DNA of 63,998 bases, counting the filler, from Stramenopiles sp. TOSAG23-6 (lineage: Eukaryota): the NCBI GenBank assembly GCA_900128565.1. It is 8 parts of 8 records of this genome, joined end to end, with 100 filler letters (N's around TTAATTAATTAA, not from the genome) between each part and the next. Parts side by side here need not be neighbours in the genome. Positions count along the whole stretch, not along the records: positions 8,037 to 15,968 come from LT636497.1; positions 16,069 to 23,999 come from LT636498.1; positions 24,100 to 32,025 come from LT636499.1; 5 more parts are not named here. The stretch is one strand, 5' to 3'. Each line of letters opens with the position of its first letter. Positions within the stretch are counted from its first letter, which is position 1. Made by a program: the position numbers and the translations under genes. Below, piece by piece: positions 13,801-24,285 of the stretch. Below the pieces are notes generated by a model. The model saw only the letters and a program-made list of their open reading frames with translations. It made no database searches and was not told the origin of the DNA.

Positions 13801-14559
13801 GCCTGCTAAAAATGGACTCAAATCTAATTGAACAAATCCGGCGAATTTCCGATCTTGAGAAGATTCCACTTGATCTATTTCCAATAAATTCTCATCACCT
13901 TCTTGTTCTTCTTCATTTGTATTATCTTGGATTACTTTTTTAGAAGTCCCGAAAAATATGTTCAAGAATGGCTGATTTTCAAATGAGTCTGCAAACGAGC
14001 TATCGTTATTTTTATCTTCTAAAGTGAAAACTTGTTCAAAAGTTAGAAAATCATATTTTGGTGCCTCATTTGTGTTTTCACTTTTTAAAATGTCGTCATT
14101 GACGTCTTCATTTTCGAGTTTTAACTCATCAGACGAAATGTCATCTATTATTTCTGTATCGTCTGTTTTATCATCCATATCGACAGTTTGAGGATTCATT
14201 TGCTTTGGACCTATACGGCATAACTCAGTTTCTATGACCGAACTAATTTTCCAACTACTAACACTTTCAGTAGTCACTCGCTCATTTCCTATCGGAAACT
14301 CAAACCTTGCATAAGGATCTTCAGCTTCATTTTGACCACGCTGTACCCGGATACGTAATGTAAAAGACACGGATCCTCCTCTAGGACTATCGGGAGGTCT
14401 TTTCCTTACTGGAATTGGAGCTTGTGCTGCATTTCCAGATTTTTCATTTTCGTTTTCAGTTGCTACTTCTAAGTTTTGAGTTTCATTCGATGATTCGATA
14501 ACATTATCATCGACTTCTGTGCTTATTGGTACATCTGGGGTATCAGGCTCATCTTCCAT
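10813..14559 (-). CDS. 1248-aa intronless protein, CFAP92-like cilia-associated protein
   Basis: Long ORF; HKTVFLAG..VVELHDRD and IITGFQIVD..LLVVEGL segments recall CFAP92 homologues (from memory, not searched). Confidence 0.55.
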   Translation of the reverse strand: MEDEPDTPDVPISTEVDDNVIESSNETQNLEVATENENEKSGNAAQAPIPVRKRPPDSPRGGSVSFTLRIRVQRGQNEAEDPYARFEFPIGNERVTTESVSSWKISSVIETELCRIGPKQMNPQTVDMDDKTDDTEIIDDISSDELKLENEDVNDDILKSENTNEAPKYDFLTFEQVFTLEDKNNDSSFADSFENQPFLNIFFGTSKKVIQDNTNEEEQEGDENLLEIDQVESSQDRKFAGFVQLDLSPFLAGDKEVRKLWATSEFVGDLAQNEDASTSNDYFSAAEPPIGLLNIIDVLEVSVLSDKKMLSKEVEEEVNPLSMTLRSVKGLPGTNLDLSLHELAGHKDFSRPTMYSVLDKHCRQIRASFQFFDGDLTPRVVRTLRLPQPKQVETGGNVKWFHKTVFLAGLMPASEVYQCIEANPLVVELHDRDTWPNEESIVENELRYEKLLAVNIEEDNESASDDDTTSDKDGLDTCRDVWDVQNIIIAEQENDVLRSGDFSTHGEASFRLNGLLDRVNEVKQAFQRSAGLLHPDDFEQSVNLKLVEPVVPMKRRCLPKGAAKAAEWEFSDAQLIAMRPAKYVESETRMVLDLTLCHPIFQINPNDAVPLPIFERAVFVFPYKNPELLIKVRKVHAAVNTSALPGISLRSYQLTEEEVSAANHGELDIITGFQIVDDHCRLLVVEGLSNGGMARIRDAIKREGPNTKETKIMMNSTCCFNRRMYASFDVDIKIIRLRNPLPRLIQMPELYNRNKVSSECFSGMQGLSEIRSGAVDTLKDLRDRSLFPSVNAMNEMENKYGETVTLYDMEGEVRKKKKRRPKGSLGGASTTTSTGTTSITETTDPVPEEENTVSSKKAPLDTANEDYEKYLMERSSQPRKDFLSQHLDTAKQFREIARQKKQREAEEAKNDPCEIYIYGPQKLRSLEKDKEELRQRIANDTNASYTYSRDFFGSTVAPINPDDVEQQAKANNKSRWTTKSGFVYPAPKDPIEFIKHPDAPSASRAEELRERWVEGASKGIARPTEYTIDTLMMTKSGFNTTPIKSGSMVYGLIDPNTGKQDPEYFKSVHLVSGGGEGAALAAKSKKEREEKEWQSKVVVDNIRFMPHFTKKKSNQIDKFRGLRHGEPKTKTLKTVVSKGLSDIPVYAGEPFTEALDYESKMGKDDDASKFINPEMKFITAIHADKMQPRMNTILAKRKIPPLRTWHKTGPLWQKTQAPTIPPVNLNRVRNNDEERLAKAGRDLINGAF

Positions 14560-14800
14560 GGTTTTGCACTCAATAAGGAAAGATCTACAAGTAGCTATAT
14601 GAGAGTCACTGAGAGTAGTTTGTCCGTAGTATCAAACAAACTTCTGTCAACCTTTGTAACGAATTTCGTAACTGTGATCGATAAGTTACCCGGTAATACG
14701 AGAAATCGATTCAGTGCTCATAATTTTTTGTCAAAACAAACTGTAACAACCGTCATAGCAACTATAGGTGGTGTAGTTTAGTCAGCTCTACACTCTAAAA

Positions 14801-15916
14801 ATGGCTGGTAATCCAGCAAGCCATGCGAGCTCAGTCGCATCTAGTGTCAGAGATATGCTTAAGAAGCAAGGCATTGGGAGTGCTGATTCAAAAAAACCGA
14901 CGCGTTCTAAAGAAAAAGCTAGAAAAATACGAAAAGGGCGTAAAAAGGCAGAAAGAGTAAAATCGGCTAAAAGTTTTGCCCGCAAAGTGCAGAAAGCCAA
15001 TTTCCCTGCTTCATCTGTAGGTGATTTATCAAGAAAATCTGGAGATGCTAAGAAAGCTTTGCGTAAAATGAGCCGAACCGGTATTGACAATAGAGCTCAT
15101 GTTAATGCTGTTGAGGAGAAACGAAAGGGAGACGCTGCAAAACGAGGAAAACATAAAAAGAAGCAGAAAGCCAAGTTGGTAAATCCAGCGCAAGTACCTC
15201 ATAAAAATGTTGATATATTCAGTAAATGCTCACAATGGTGGAGTGTAACAGGAGAGGCTGGTGATATAGTCGTTGGTCGCAAAAAAGCTCTTCATGGAAG
15301 TCATTTATTACAACGTGGTAGTGTAGAACTTTCTAATTGGCAAGATTCTGTTGAACAGTTATTCGAAACAGATGTCCGTCGATTTGGACCTGAAAGTCGG
15401 TCTGCGGGAGGCCACAAGGGGGACCAACGATGGTTGCGTACTGTAATGAGGGGTGGTACTTTAACAGATAGAGTCGCAGCGATGACTTTAACGATACAAT
15501 CTTCTCCCGTGTACGGCATCAAAGTCTTAGAAGCATTGACAACAATGGCTGAAAAAAATAATCAACGGGAATCTGGTCTTGCAATTACAGCACTGAAAGA
15601 TTTATACGTGAACAACTTATTACCACCTCACAGACGATTGAAATATTTACACGAACAACCGCTGCTTCATGGAAATGTCTCTGAAACTCATAAAAAGGCG
15701 TTCTTTTTTGAGGATAAATTGAAGCATTGTTTTAACAAACTAGTTCAGGTCTTAGAAAAAGGTAGCAATAATAATTTAGACTTTTTCAAGTCCAAGTGTA
15801 TTCGTATCGCCCATGAACTTCTTTGTGAACGTCCAGAAGGTGAACAATCTCTACTTGCATTACTCGTGAATAAGCTTGGAGATCCTGCGAGAAAAATTGC
15901 TGGCAAAGCTACGCAT
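14801..15916 (+). CDS. NOC1: NOC1/MAK21/CEBPZ ribosome biogenesis factor, 5' part; truncated at a family intron starting 15917
   Basis: GTLTDRVAAMTL, FEDKLK, RPEGEQSLLALLVNKLGDP. Confidence 0.9.
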
Positions 15917-16265
15917 GTATGTTTTATTTTTTTTCAAATTCGATTTTTTTTCATACGAAATTTTGTACNNNNNNNNNNNNNNNNNNNNNNNNNNNNNNNN
16001 NNNNNNNNNNNNTTAATTAATTAANNNNNNNNNNNNNNNNNNNNNNNNNNNNNNNNNNNNNNNNNNNNCCTTTTGTATTGTAAAAAAAATTTTTTTTTTT
16101 TTTTTTTTTTTTTGTTAGGTACAATATTTACTATGAAAAAAAAATGTAAAAAAAAAATCAAAATTTTTTTTTTTTGGTTTAGGTACAAAATATCGTACGA
16201 AAAAAAAAATTAAAAAAATAAAAATAAAAAAAACGAAAATTAAGTGTAGGGTAAAAAAAACGTAC

Positions 16266-16455
16266 TTCCATTACACAACATTGATATGATTGCAACATAT
16301 GTAAATGGTGTTATACATTCACAATATTTCTGCTGCATTGTTTCAAATATTTGTAACGCAGTGTTTAATTGATTTGTTTCTTTACACACACGTAAGGCTA
16401 TTTGAAAACTATGTCTATTTGGCTTGATTTTGTCATTCTGGAATATATCAAAACA
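16266..16455 (-). CDS. isolated exon with PPR-like repeat between two family introns
   Basis: IKPNRHSFQIALRVCKETNQLNTALQIFETMQ..PFTYVAIISMLC. Confidence 0.55.
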
Positions 16456-16580
16456 ATGTATTTTGGAAAAATATTTCAAAATTTTTTTTTTTTTTAGTTT
16501 CAAAAAAAAAAAAAAAAAAAAAAAAAAAATTAAAAAAAAAAAAAAAAAAATTTTTTAGGTAAAAATTTTTGTATAAAAAA

Positions 16581-16614
<34 letters not shown>

Positions 16615-16684
16615 CTAAAAAAAAAAAAAAAAATTTCTAAAAAAAAAAAAAAAATTGAAAACATTTGAAATGATGAAAACAAAC

Positions 16685-17410
16685 ATTTACTTCTCCTGGT
16701 TTCTTCAGTAAAGTCTCCCCAGATTTGTTTGCAAAACAATAATATGTTTGAAACATATATCGGCGATATTTGCGTTTATCAATGAACTCAGTTCCATCTG
16801 GAGCTACATATTTTATCACTTCATCAGGTTTCTTTATTTCCTGGACTAAAATTTTTTCGCGAATTACATTTTCTTCCACATCCCCATCGTCATAAGTAAC
16901 TACATATGTTCCATTATCATTGACTTTTGTTACTTTTCCAGGATAATACGTCTGTGTATCTTTGAAGCGACATGTCACCATCGAATCTTTCTCAATAGGT
17001 CCCGTTTGATCAGCAGCGGCTACAGTTGGAGGGCCTAAAAGTTTAATCTTTTCACGTCCGACATTTGCTTCAGTGTCTCCGTCATCATATGTTATTGTAT
17101 ATGTTCCATTCAGATTAGTTGCCGTAACTTTCCCCCCATAATAAGTTTCCGACTTTTGAAAACGACAATTCACACGGGTACCAACAATAATGGGTGTATT
17201 CACGACTAGATGATTACGTGGTACGTTTTCTTCAACTTCTCCGTCATCATATGTCACTTTATATGTACCGTCGTCTGATAAACATGTGACCTTTGCACCA
17301 TACCATGTTTGAGAACCTTGATAAGCACATCGTACAAGTGTACCTACGGTAACAACTGCACCAAGGGAGGATCCAGCATCCGCAGTAGGTGGGGCAGGAG
17401 GAACTGACAT
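16685..17410 (-). CDS. triple Tudor/Agenet-like repeat protein followed by the start of an RP2/TBCC-like domain, partial
   Basis: Three repeats of YGAKVT..DGTYxVTYDDGxxEENV; YCFANKSGETLLKKPGEVN resembles the RP2 C-CAP entry; ends at donor GTTTG (16684). Confidence 0.6.
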
Positions 17411-17755
17411 ATCTTTATAGTCGGATTATATTTTTAATTTGATGTACAAGTAAGGAATAGAGACAGACACCAATTTCTAATAAATAAATAAATAACAACA
17501 CTTGAGGCGTTATTTATATTTTTTTAACGGCAAAACACGCGAACAAACCTGCTCTCGAATGAAGAAGTTTTTTTTTTATTTTTTTGACTTCATTTTGGCT
17601 CAAGAAAACCGCAAGAACAACAACAACAAAAAGAGACAAAAAAAAGAAGAAAAAAAAAATCCAAAGAAGATCGATATCTAGTTTAGGTTGGAAGTTCTTC
17701 CTTCATACATTGTTTCTTTAATGTATTCCGAATAATGATAAACATATAAAGTGTA

Positions 17756-18343
17756 ATGCCTCATATACGAAGGGGAAGTCGCATACTCTTTGTAGTATTC
17801 TACAGTGTATTCTGCAAAGTTAATTGTAATTTACTCAGAAATAAGAGTAAAGATGAACAAGTGATTCAGCTGGACAACTTTCCAACGGATAACGAGAATC
17901 ACTTGCAAGTAAATTTAGTTCCTGAAAATGCTTCTCCATCAGACACAAGAGTCATTCATGGAACATTTACCGGTTCATTTCGTAATTCATTTGATGGGCC
18001 ACTATCGTTCGTTCCAACAAAAGAACAACAGCCTACAGCGACCGAATACAAATTTGATGCTAGAGTTCCTTTATACGCAACTTTCCCTCCAGGTATGTTG
18101 GTTCATAATACTATTGAAACTGATGATATTCAAGAACCTGAAAGCGATTTTTCTGTAGTCACTGTAAAAAATGAAAACAATGCTCCCATGAGAGAATCGA
18201 TTTTGCGTTCTTCAATGAGGGATTTAATTAGGGAACCGAATTTACACGTAATGGGACACGACACTAGTAGATTAGTAGGACTAATTGTTGCTCCAATGCC
18301 TGCAACGGAAAGATTAAATAAGTATACATCAGATAACAAATAA
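17756..18343 (+). CDS. hypothetical protein with signal-peptide-like N-terminus
   Basis: 195-aa ORF, hydrophobic N-terminus. Confidence 0.5.
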   Translation: MPHIRRGSRILFVVFYSVFCKVNCNLLRNKSKDEQVIQLDNFPTDNENHLQVNLVPENASPSDTRVIHGTFTGSFRNSFDGPLSFVPTKEQQPTATEYKFDARVPLYATFPPGMLVHNTIETDDIQEPESDFSVVTVKNENNAPMRESILRSSMRDLIREPNLHVMGHDTSRLVGLIVAPMPATERLNKYTSDNK

Positions 18344-18525
18344 AGACTACCAAACAAAACTTGAAACAGAAAATATTATGTTTATATCAAATTAAAACAA
18401 ATTGTTTCTTTTTTTTGTAAAGTAAACTACGTACTATTTTTGGTACCAAATGAATTTCAAAACTTTTTTCGTACCTACCGATTTTCAATTTGGTATATTT
18501 ACTTGACTACAACACAAAATTAAGT

Positions 18526-20107
18526 TTAAAGAGCATTTTGAACTTCCTTATCTTCCTCACGCATGTCCATTATTTCATGGTACAATTTATTAATTGCACC
18601 ATCTCCATCAAGATCAGTACAGTACTTGTTAAATGATTTCTTGTTTCGCAATGAGTACAATTCAATTAACAATTTCACCTCCATATCGACTTCTGCTGCT
18701 TTTTTTTCTGCTAACTCTTCAGATGTCAAGCCTTCAAGTTCAGCAAATGAGAAACGTCCACGCCGAGTCATATCTACTCCATAATGTTCCCCATTTAATT
18801 CAAAAGACACATCATCAGTCACAATAGACTGAGAAGCCTTAGCCATTGCACTTTCCTGCTCAGCTGTGAGCGGTTCCAATTTCCCTCTGTTTGCCAATTC
18901 TTGCATTCTTTCCAATAACTTTCCTGCCATTTCGAGGTCTTTAAATTCACCATTATTTATTTCAAGATATTCGTCCACTTTTGCAATCAATTCAGATGTC
19001 TTGGTAAGAGCAAGATCTTCTGTGGAAATTTTCTTTTCCGTGAGGATTGAAGCAACATTATCTTTAGTTAAAGAAGATGCCCAGGTTTTCAAATCTGTTG
19101 ATGACATTTCTTTAAATGATGCACCAACCGCTTTATATGCTGATTCATCTTTGGCTGCCTGCTGAGCTCGAGATTCAATTTCTTTTTTGAAATATGCCAA
19201 TTGTTCATCAGACACATCACCAGCCGTAACAGAGTGACCGGATGCTTGTCGTTTTTCCATAGCTGTAATCTCATCAAGAAATTCACGTTGAGTATCTTCG
19301 TCGAGCGTTCCAAAAGCTTTTGTATCCCATCGTTCCTGAATGAGTGCAACACGAGCAGCATTGACGTCAACAGCATCAACTTCATTATCATAGTTATGTT
19401 TTGCTAAGTCGGCTTCGAGCTCTGCTTCAATGTCGGGAAATCGAGCAGCGACCGAGTCATAATCTGTCTCTGCATTCGTACGGGTTGCTTCCAATTCAGC
19501 AAGTTGTTCTTTAGCAGCACCCAAATGCACATTCATATCACTTTGTGTTTGAGAGATGCTAGCGAGGACGTCCGATTCAGTCGCTTTGAGAGAAGCTTTT
19601 TCTTCTGCTGCATCCTTGGAGAAATCAGTGTATTTGTAGCTTGAGTATTCTTGTCTCACCTTTGCAACAGCATCTTTACCAAGAATTTTTTCATAAGCTG
19701 CCCAATCTACCTCACCTAACGCCTCTTGTGATTGAGCTGTTGCGAGGGACGTTCGTTTACTCATGTCAGCAAGTTTCGTTCCCCACTCGAGTTTTTTTGA
19801 CTCTGGGATCATATTACCCATGTTGGACCTGTAATGTAAAGGATATACAAAAAAATACATCTAATGAGAATATGAGTCACATGAAATTATGTGAATATAA
19901 AGTTTGTATAATTGAAACGAGACCCACACGGCACTCGCCAAAAATGACGTCGCTGTGCGAATAGTGTTTAATACTTCATGGACAGAAAAAATATAGTCCA
20001 TAATGATTGAACATTCGTATAAATAGTACTTACCAGTGATTACCAGTTGCTAATGCTCGAACACCATTGGTGTGTGAAGCAACACGGAGAGTGCGGAAGA
20101 GCATCAT
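18526..20107 (-). CDS. mitochondrial ATP synthase subunit d-like protein, C-terminally extended (~458 aa); canonical intron 19829-20033
   Basis: Exon 1 MMLFRTLRVASHTNGVRALAT is a presequence; GTAAGT..TTACAG intron; EVDWAAYEKIL and ARFPDIEAELEADL resemble subunit d. Confidence 0.6.
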
Positions 20108-20217
20108 CTTTATATTGTGCCGTTAAATCTATAAGAAATCGACAATAAAGGCGCAGAGAGAGAGAGAGAGAGAGACAACGAACTCGTGAAAAGGAAGACG
20201 CGTGTTTGGTTGGCCAA

Positions 20218-20260
20218 CTAACCCTAACCCTAATTACAATTTTACCTAACCCTAACCCTA
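20218..20260. repeat. interstitial telomere-like (CCCTAA)n tract; (GA)n microsatellite at ~20155-20175
   Basis: CTAACCCTAACCCTAA..CCTAACCCTAACCCTA. Confidence 0.85.
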
Positions 20261-20326
20261 GAAGTACGTGTTGTATTATATATAGTCATAACCAAATTTA
20301 TTTATTTTATTATACAATATTAAAAA

Positions 20327-20989
20327 CTACTCGGAATCATTTTTAAGCATTACAAATACCCTTGCAGGGCGAATGACTTGCTCATCACATGAATAGCCAA
20401 CTTGCACAACAGAAGTTACTTCGTTATGTTTTGCATTTTCCACTTCATCAACTGTACTACGCCCTACAGCTTCATGACAGTCAGGATTAAATTCCGATCC
20501 TAATGGGTTTATTTTGACAATGCCATGTTTTGTAAATGTTTTTTGTAGTTGCATCTTGGTCATGGACACGCCTTCAAGTAATGCTTCTTTTGATGTATCT
20601 GTTTTTTCAATGTCTGACGCCCTTTCCAAGTTATCTGCAACATCGAGAAGATCCTTTGCGAATCGGACTTTACCCTGTTGACGTGCCTTTTTTACATCAA
20701 CTGCTGATCGCTTTTGAAGAGTTTCTATTTGTTTTGCATACATTTGTCTGATAGAATGCCGTTCAAGCTTTAAGCGCCGCCTCGATAATGCATATATCGT
20801 AGCTACACTTGCACACACAGCAACTCCACCTAGAGCTAAAGCCACCTTTGCATTTCGTTCTAATTCTTCTCTTTGTTCTTTGAGTCCTGTGACTTCTTCT
20901 ATTAAACGTTGACGTCGACGGTTCTCGGACTCAATGTGTCGGGCATGTGCAGCACGAAGCTCTCGATCATTGGATAATACACCACCCAT
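20327..20989 (-). CDS. grpE: GrpE nucleotide exchange factor with N-terminal coiled coil and TM segment
   Basis: FAKDLLDVADNLERA, EFNPDCHEAV, VVQVGY..VIRPARVFV. Confidence 0.85.
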   Translation of the reverse strand: MGGVLSNDRELRAAHARHIESENRRRQRLIEEVTGLKEQREELERNAKVALALGGVAVCASVATIYALSRRRLKLERHSIRQMYAKQIETLQKRSAVDVKKARQQGKVRFAKDLLDVADNLERASDIEKTDTSKEALLEGVSMTKMQLQKTFTKHGIVKINPLGSEFNPDCHEAVGRSTVDEVENAKHNEVTSVVQVGYSCDEQVIRPARVFVMLKNDSE

Positions 20990-21349
20990 GGAGAGAATGA
21001 TTTGCTGGAACCTTAAAAAAATATGATATAGAAACGAGAACAACCAAAAGAAGGGGAAGAAAATCGAGTTGACTTTCAAGGTATTTATTTATTACCGGGT
21101 ATCGGAAAAAATTTTTAAGTCGAAAAAAGTTTCAAAAAACGATTTTGTGAAATCACACTCTATCGGCAATTATCAAGAATTTTGCAACGTATATACGTTA
21201 CTTTTCAAAAGTAATTACAAATAGTATCTACTTCGATCTACTTGTTTTAGTCTAGCTTTTATTTATCCGTTCGAAGTTCGAACTCTATCCGCATCTTCTT
21301 TCCCCCACTTATTCAACATTCACGACAATCGACAATAATCGACAATAAT

Positions 21350-23077
21350 ATGAAAAACTGTTACATCAGCATTTTGTCCATTGTATGCTTTTCCTTTGTG
21401 GCAACAGAAGTTATGTCGGCGCTGTCGTCGGAGGTGAAGCGGGCGGCATCCCGTAGCGCTCTCCGCAATCTCCGTAATGCGAATGATCGTGAACGACAGT
21501 ATTCAGTATGGAATAAAACAAAAAATTCAATACGTGAAGATCCAGAGAAGATGCGTAACCTGTTTTTACGACATATTGTTGCTAAATTTCAGTCACAAGA
21601 TCCGAAAGAGACAGAAAAGTATACAAAGTTTTTGAAATTGGCACAAACAATTGAACAACAACAGCTTCAACAAAGTAATGTTCAGTGCCCTTCTGGTCGA
21701 TTACAACAAACTTTTTTCAACGCATATAATTGTATTCTAAATGCCAAAATGGAACTAGGAGAATTGCGACAACAACAAACCAACTTTGAAGGAGCATCTT
21801 CAGTATTCTATCCAGAATGTGAAGTAGCCAGAAAAATTTCGAAATGTTTTGATGATTGTTGTGATGATATAGAAGAATTTGTCAACTTTGCTATGCAAAA
21901 TGTTGGCAAATATCATGTTCAAAGTTTTTCTGCATCTGAAGTTTGCGATGCTTCTCAATACTACGGCTACAATCCATCACAAAAACAATACAAACTCAAA
22001 TTTGAGTGTCAGCGAAGTGTAGATGATCAAAAGAGGTTTGAGGCACAGGAAAAATTACAAAAACAAATAAAGGAAGAAGAGGAAGCCAATGCAAGAAGAG
22101 AGAAGATAAGGAAAGAATCTCAAAAACAAAGAAAACAGCGACTGGCAGAAGAGAAACAGCAACTGGCAGAAGAGCAACTGGAAGAGCAACTGGTAGAAAA
22201 GTTGCAAGAAGAGACAGAGAGAGCTCAAAATTTTTTGATACAATTGAACAAGGAAATTTCAGACACTCAAGAAGAGGAAATGGTCATTCCAAAAGGCAAT
22301 GTATATGCAAAACAATCAAATGATTCGGATCATACTCTAGAAAAGATGTTACAGAACGGGAAAGTGAAGAAAATTGGTAAAGTGATGAAAAGTGGTACAG
22401 ATGGGTTTTTTTATGGAACAGTGAAAGAAAGAGATTTATATGTTGATACATGGTCATCCAAATGTCCTAAAAATGATGGATTTATTGACGCCGCTAGATT
22501 CCCAGAGAGAGCCAAACTTTGGGATGAACATGTTGCACAAAATGGACTCTGTCTCCGATTTTATTACTGTGAAATGAATTCATTGAGTCCAAAAGGTGAA
22601 TTTGTGATACTAAACCCCAAACAGATGATTATTGACTCCCAGTACCAAGATTTGGTGTCAATTTATCCATCATATGCATCAAAATCAGGAAGAAACAATA
22701 CAAAAAAGCCAAAGCCCTTTACATTTACACAAGTCACTTTTCAATTTCAATGCATTGTTTCCACAAAATTTGAGCCTAGGCTACAACAGCGGCAAAAAAA
22801 ACACGGAACAAACACCACTGGATACTATTACGAAACGATGTATGTTTTATTTTTTTTTTCAATTTCAAATATTTTTTTCGTACGAAATTTTGTACCTAAC
22901 GTTTTTTTTTTTGAAAATATTTGTACAAAATACATACTAGGACAGTTTGTATCTAAAGGGAAAGGTTGTGGGAATAAGACATTTGATTTTGATGTAGAAT
23001 CCAAAATAGGAGGAGACAATGTCCCCAGCTCTCATTTGGAAATGGTAACACGGCATACGAGAACCATCCATTGGTGA
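21350..23077 (+). CDS. secreted coiled-coil protein of unknown function; 96-nt family intron 22840-22935
   Basis: Signal peptide, Cys-rich and E/Q/K-rich segments; the ORF reads through an in-frame element. Confidence 0.65.
   Translation: MKNCYISILSIVCFSFVATEVMSALSSEVKRAASRSALRNLRNANDRERQYSVWNKTKNSIREDPEKMRNLFLRHIVAKFQSQDPKETEKYTKFLKLAQTIEQQQLQQSNVQCPSGRLQQTFFNAYNCILNAKMELGELRQQQTNFEGASSVFYPECEVARKISKCFDDCCDDIEEFVNFAMQNVGKYHVQSFSASEVCDASQYYGYNPSQKQYKLKFECQRSVDDQKRFEAQEKLQKQIKEEEEANARREKIRKESQKQRKQRLAEEKQQLAEEQLEEQLVEKLQEETERAQNFLIQLNKEISDTQEEEMVIPKGNVYAKQSNDSDHTLEKMLQNGKVKKIGKVMKSGTDGFFYGTVKERDLYVDTWSSKCPKNDGFIDAARFPERAKLWDEHVAQNGLCLRFYYCEMNSLSPKGEFVILNPKQMIIDSQYQDLVSIYPSYASKSGRNNTKKPKPFTFTQVTFQFQCIVSTKFEPRLQQRQKKHGTNTTGYYYETMYVLFFFSISNIFFVRNFVPNVFFFENICTKYILGQFVSKGKGCGNKTFDFDVESKIGGDNVPSSHLEMVTRHTRTIHW
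22840..22935 (+). mobile_element. introner-like GT-AT intron
   Basis: AT|GTATG..CGTACGAAATTTTGTACCTAAC..AAAATACAT|A. Confidence 0.7.
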
Positions 23078-23452
23078 TCAATGATGTTGTGTATGTATCA
23101 GTATGTATACATGTGTACGTATGATTGTTGTAGTGAAGTTTTCTTTTGAGCATTTGAGCTTTTGAGCGTTTGAGTCGGTGGAATGAATTCTTTACTTTTG
23201 ACATCTTTATAAGTCAATTTGAAACAGTTATTTGGTAGGAAAGGAATTTCATTATTATTGCCAATAAAAAAAAATGTACACAATATAATCTTTTTTATTT
23301 TGTTTTTGTTTTTGTATTTTTGTCAATTTTTGTATCGCACTTCTCCATCCCCGCCAGTTCAATGTAGGTGCTTATAATATACAAATCAAATTGCTGTGGT
23401 ATTTTGATGCTTATATATACTTTTTTTGTATCGCAATCATATAGGTGCAATT

Positions 23453-23999
23453 TCAAATATTCCCATTGCTTCTTGCGGCAGCTATTTCTTGTCTTCTTGC
23501 AGCAGCTATTATTTGTTGGCGTCTTGCGACTCTTTCTGCCATTGCCTCTCCTGCTCTTCTTCTTGCTTCGTTTATATAGGCTCTTCTTTCGGCTGCTTCT
23601 CTTTCGGCTTCTCTTACTTTTGCTGGTCTTGCATTTGCTTTTCTTCTTTCGCCTGCTCTTGTTGCTGCTGCTCTTATTATTGCTAATCTTGCATTTGCTT
23701 CATTTATTTCGTCTGCTGTTCTTACTGTTTCTTTTCCTTCTCCCATTGCTTTAAAGTGTTTTCTTGTTTTTTCATCGATGTTGACACATTTGCTCTTTAC
23801 AACGCTGTTTCGATGTTGAACAAATGATTTTTTTCCGGTTATGGTGGTACGAATGTTCGGATTTTGGTCCGGTTCCATCCCTAAAAGTTCACGAATTGTT
23901 TTTTTGGTTTTTTTCTGGCCATCCTCTCCCATTGCTGCCATTGCTGCACACTCCGCAAACGTTTCTTTATATGTTGAGTGTTGAATGCCCAACACCTCG
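23453..23999 (-). CDS. partial Ala/Arg/Glu-rich repetitive helical protein
   Basis: ORF open to contig end; AAARRQ/EAERE repeats. Confidence 0.45.
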
Positions 24000-24133
24000 N
24001 NNNNNNNNNNNNNNNNNNNNNNNNNNNNNNNNNNNNNNNNNNNTTAATTAATTAANNNNNNNNNNNNNNNNNNNNNNNNNNNNNNNNNNNNNNNNNNNNG
24101 GGGGGGGGGGAAAAATTTTTTTTTTTAATTTTT

Positions 24134-24186
<53 letters not shown>

Positions 24187-24285
24187 CGAAAAAAAAAAAA
24201 ATCGAATTTTTTTTTTTTTTGAAAAATTTTGTACCTAACAAATTTTTTTTTTAGAAAAATTTTGAAATATTTTTCCAAAATACAT

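Noticed and set aside
16490-16660. Long poly-A/T runs here and near 24120, 30850, 31940 and 48000 as retroposon tails
   Set aside because: They sit inside T-rich introns at or near contig ends and look like homopolymer sequencing or assembly degradation.
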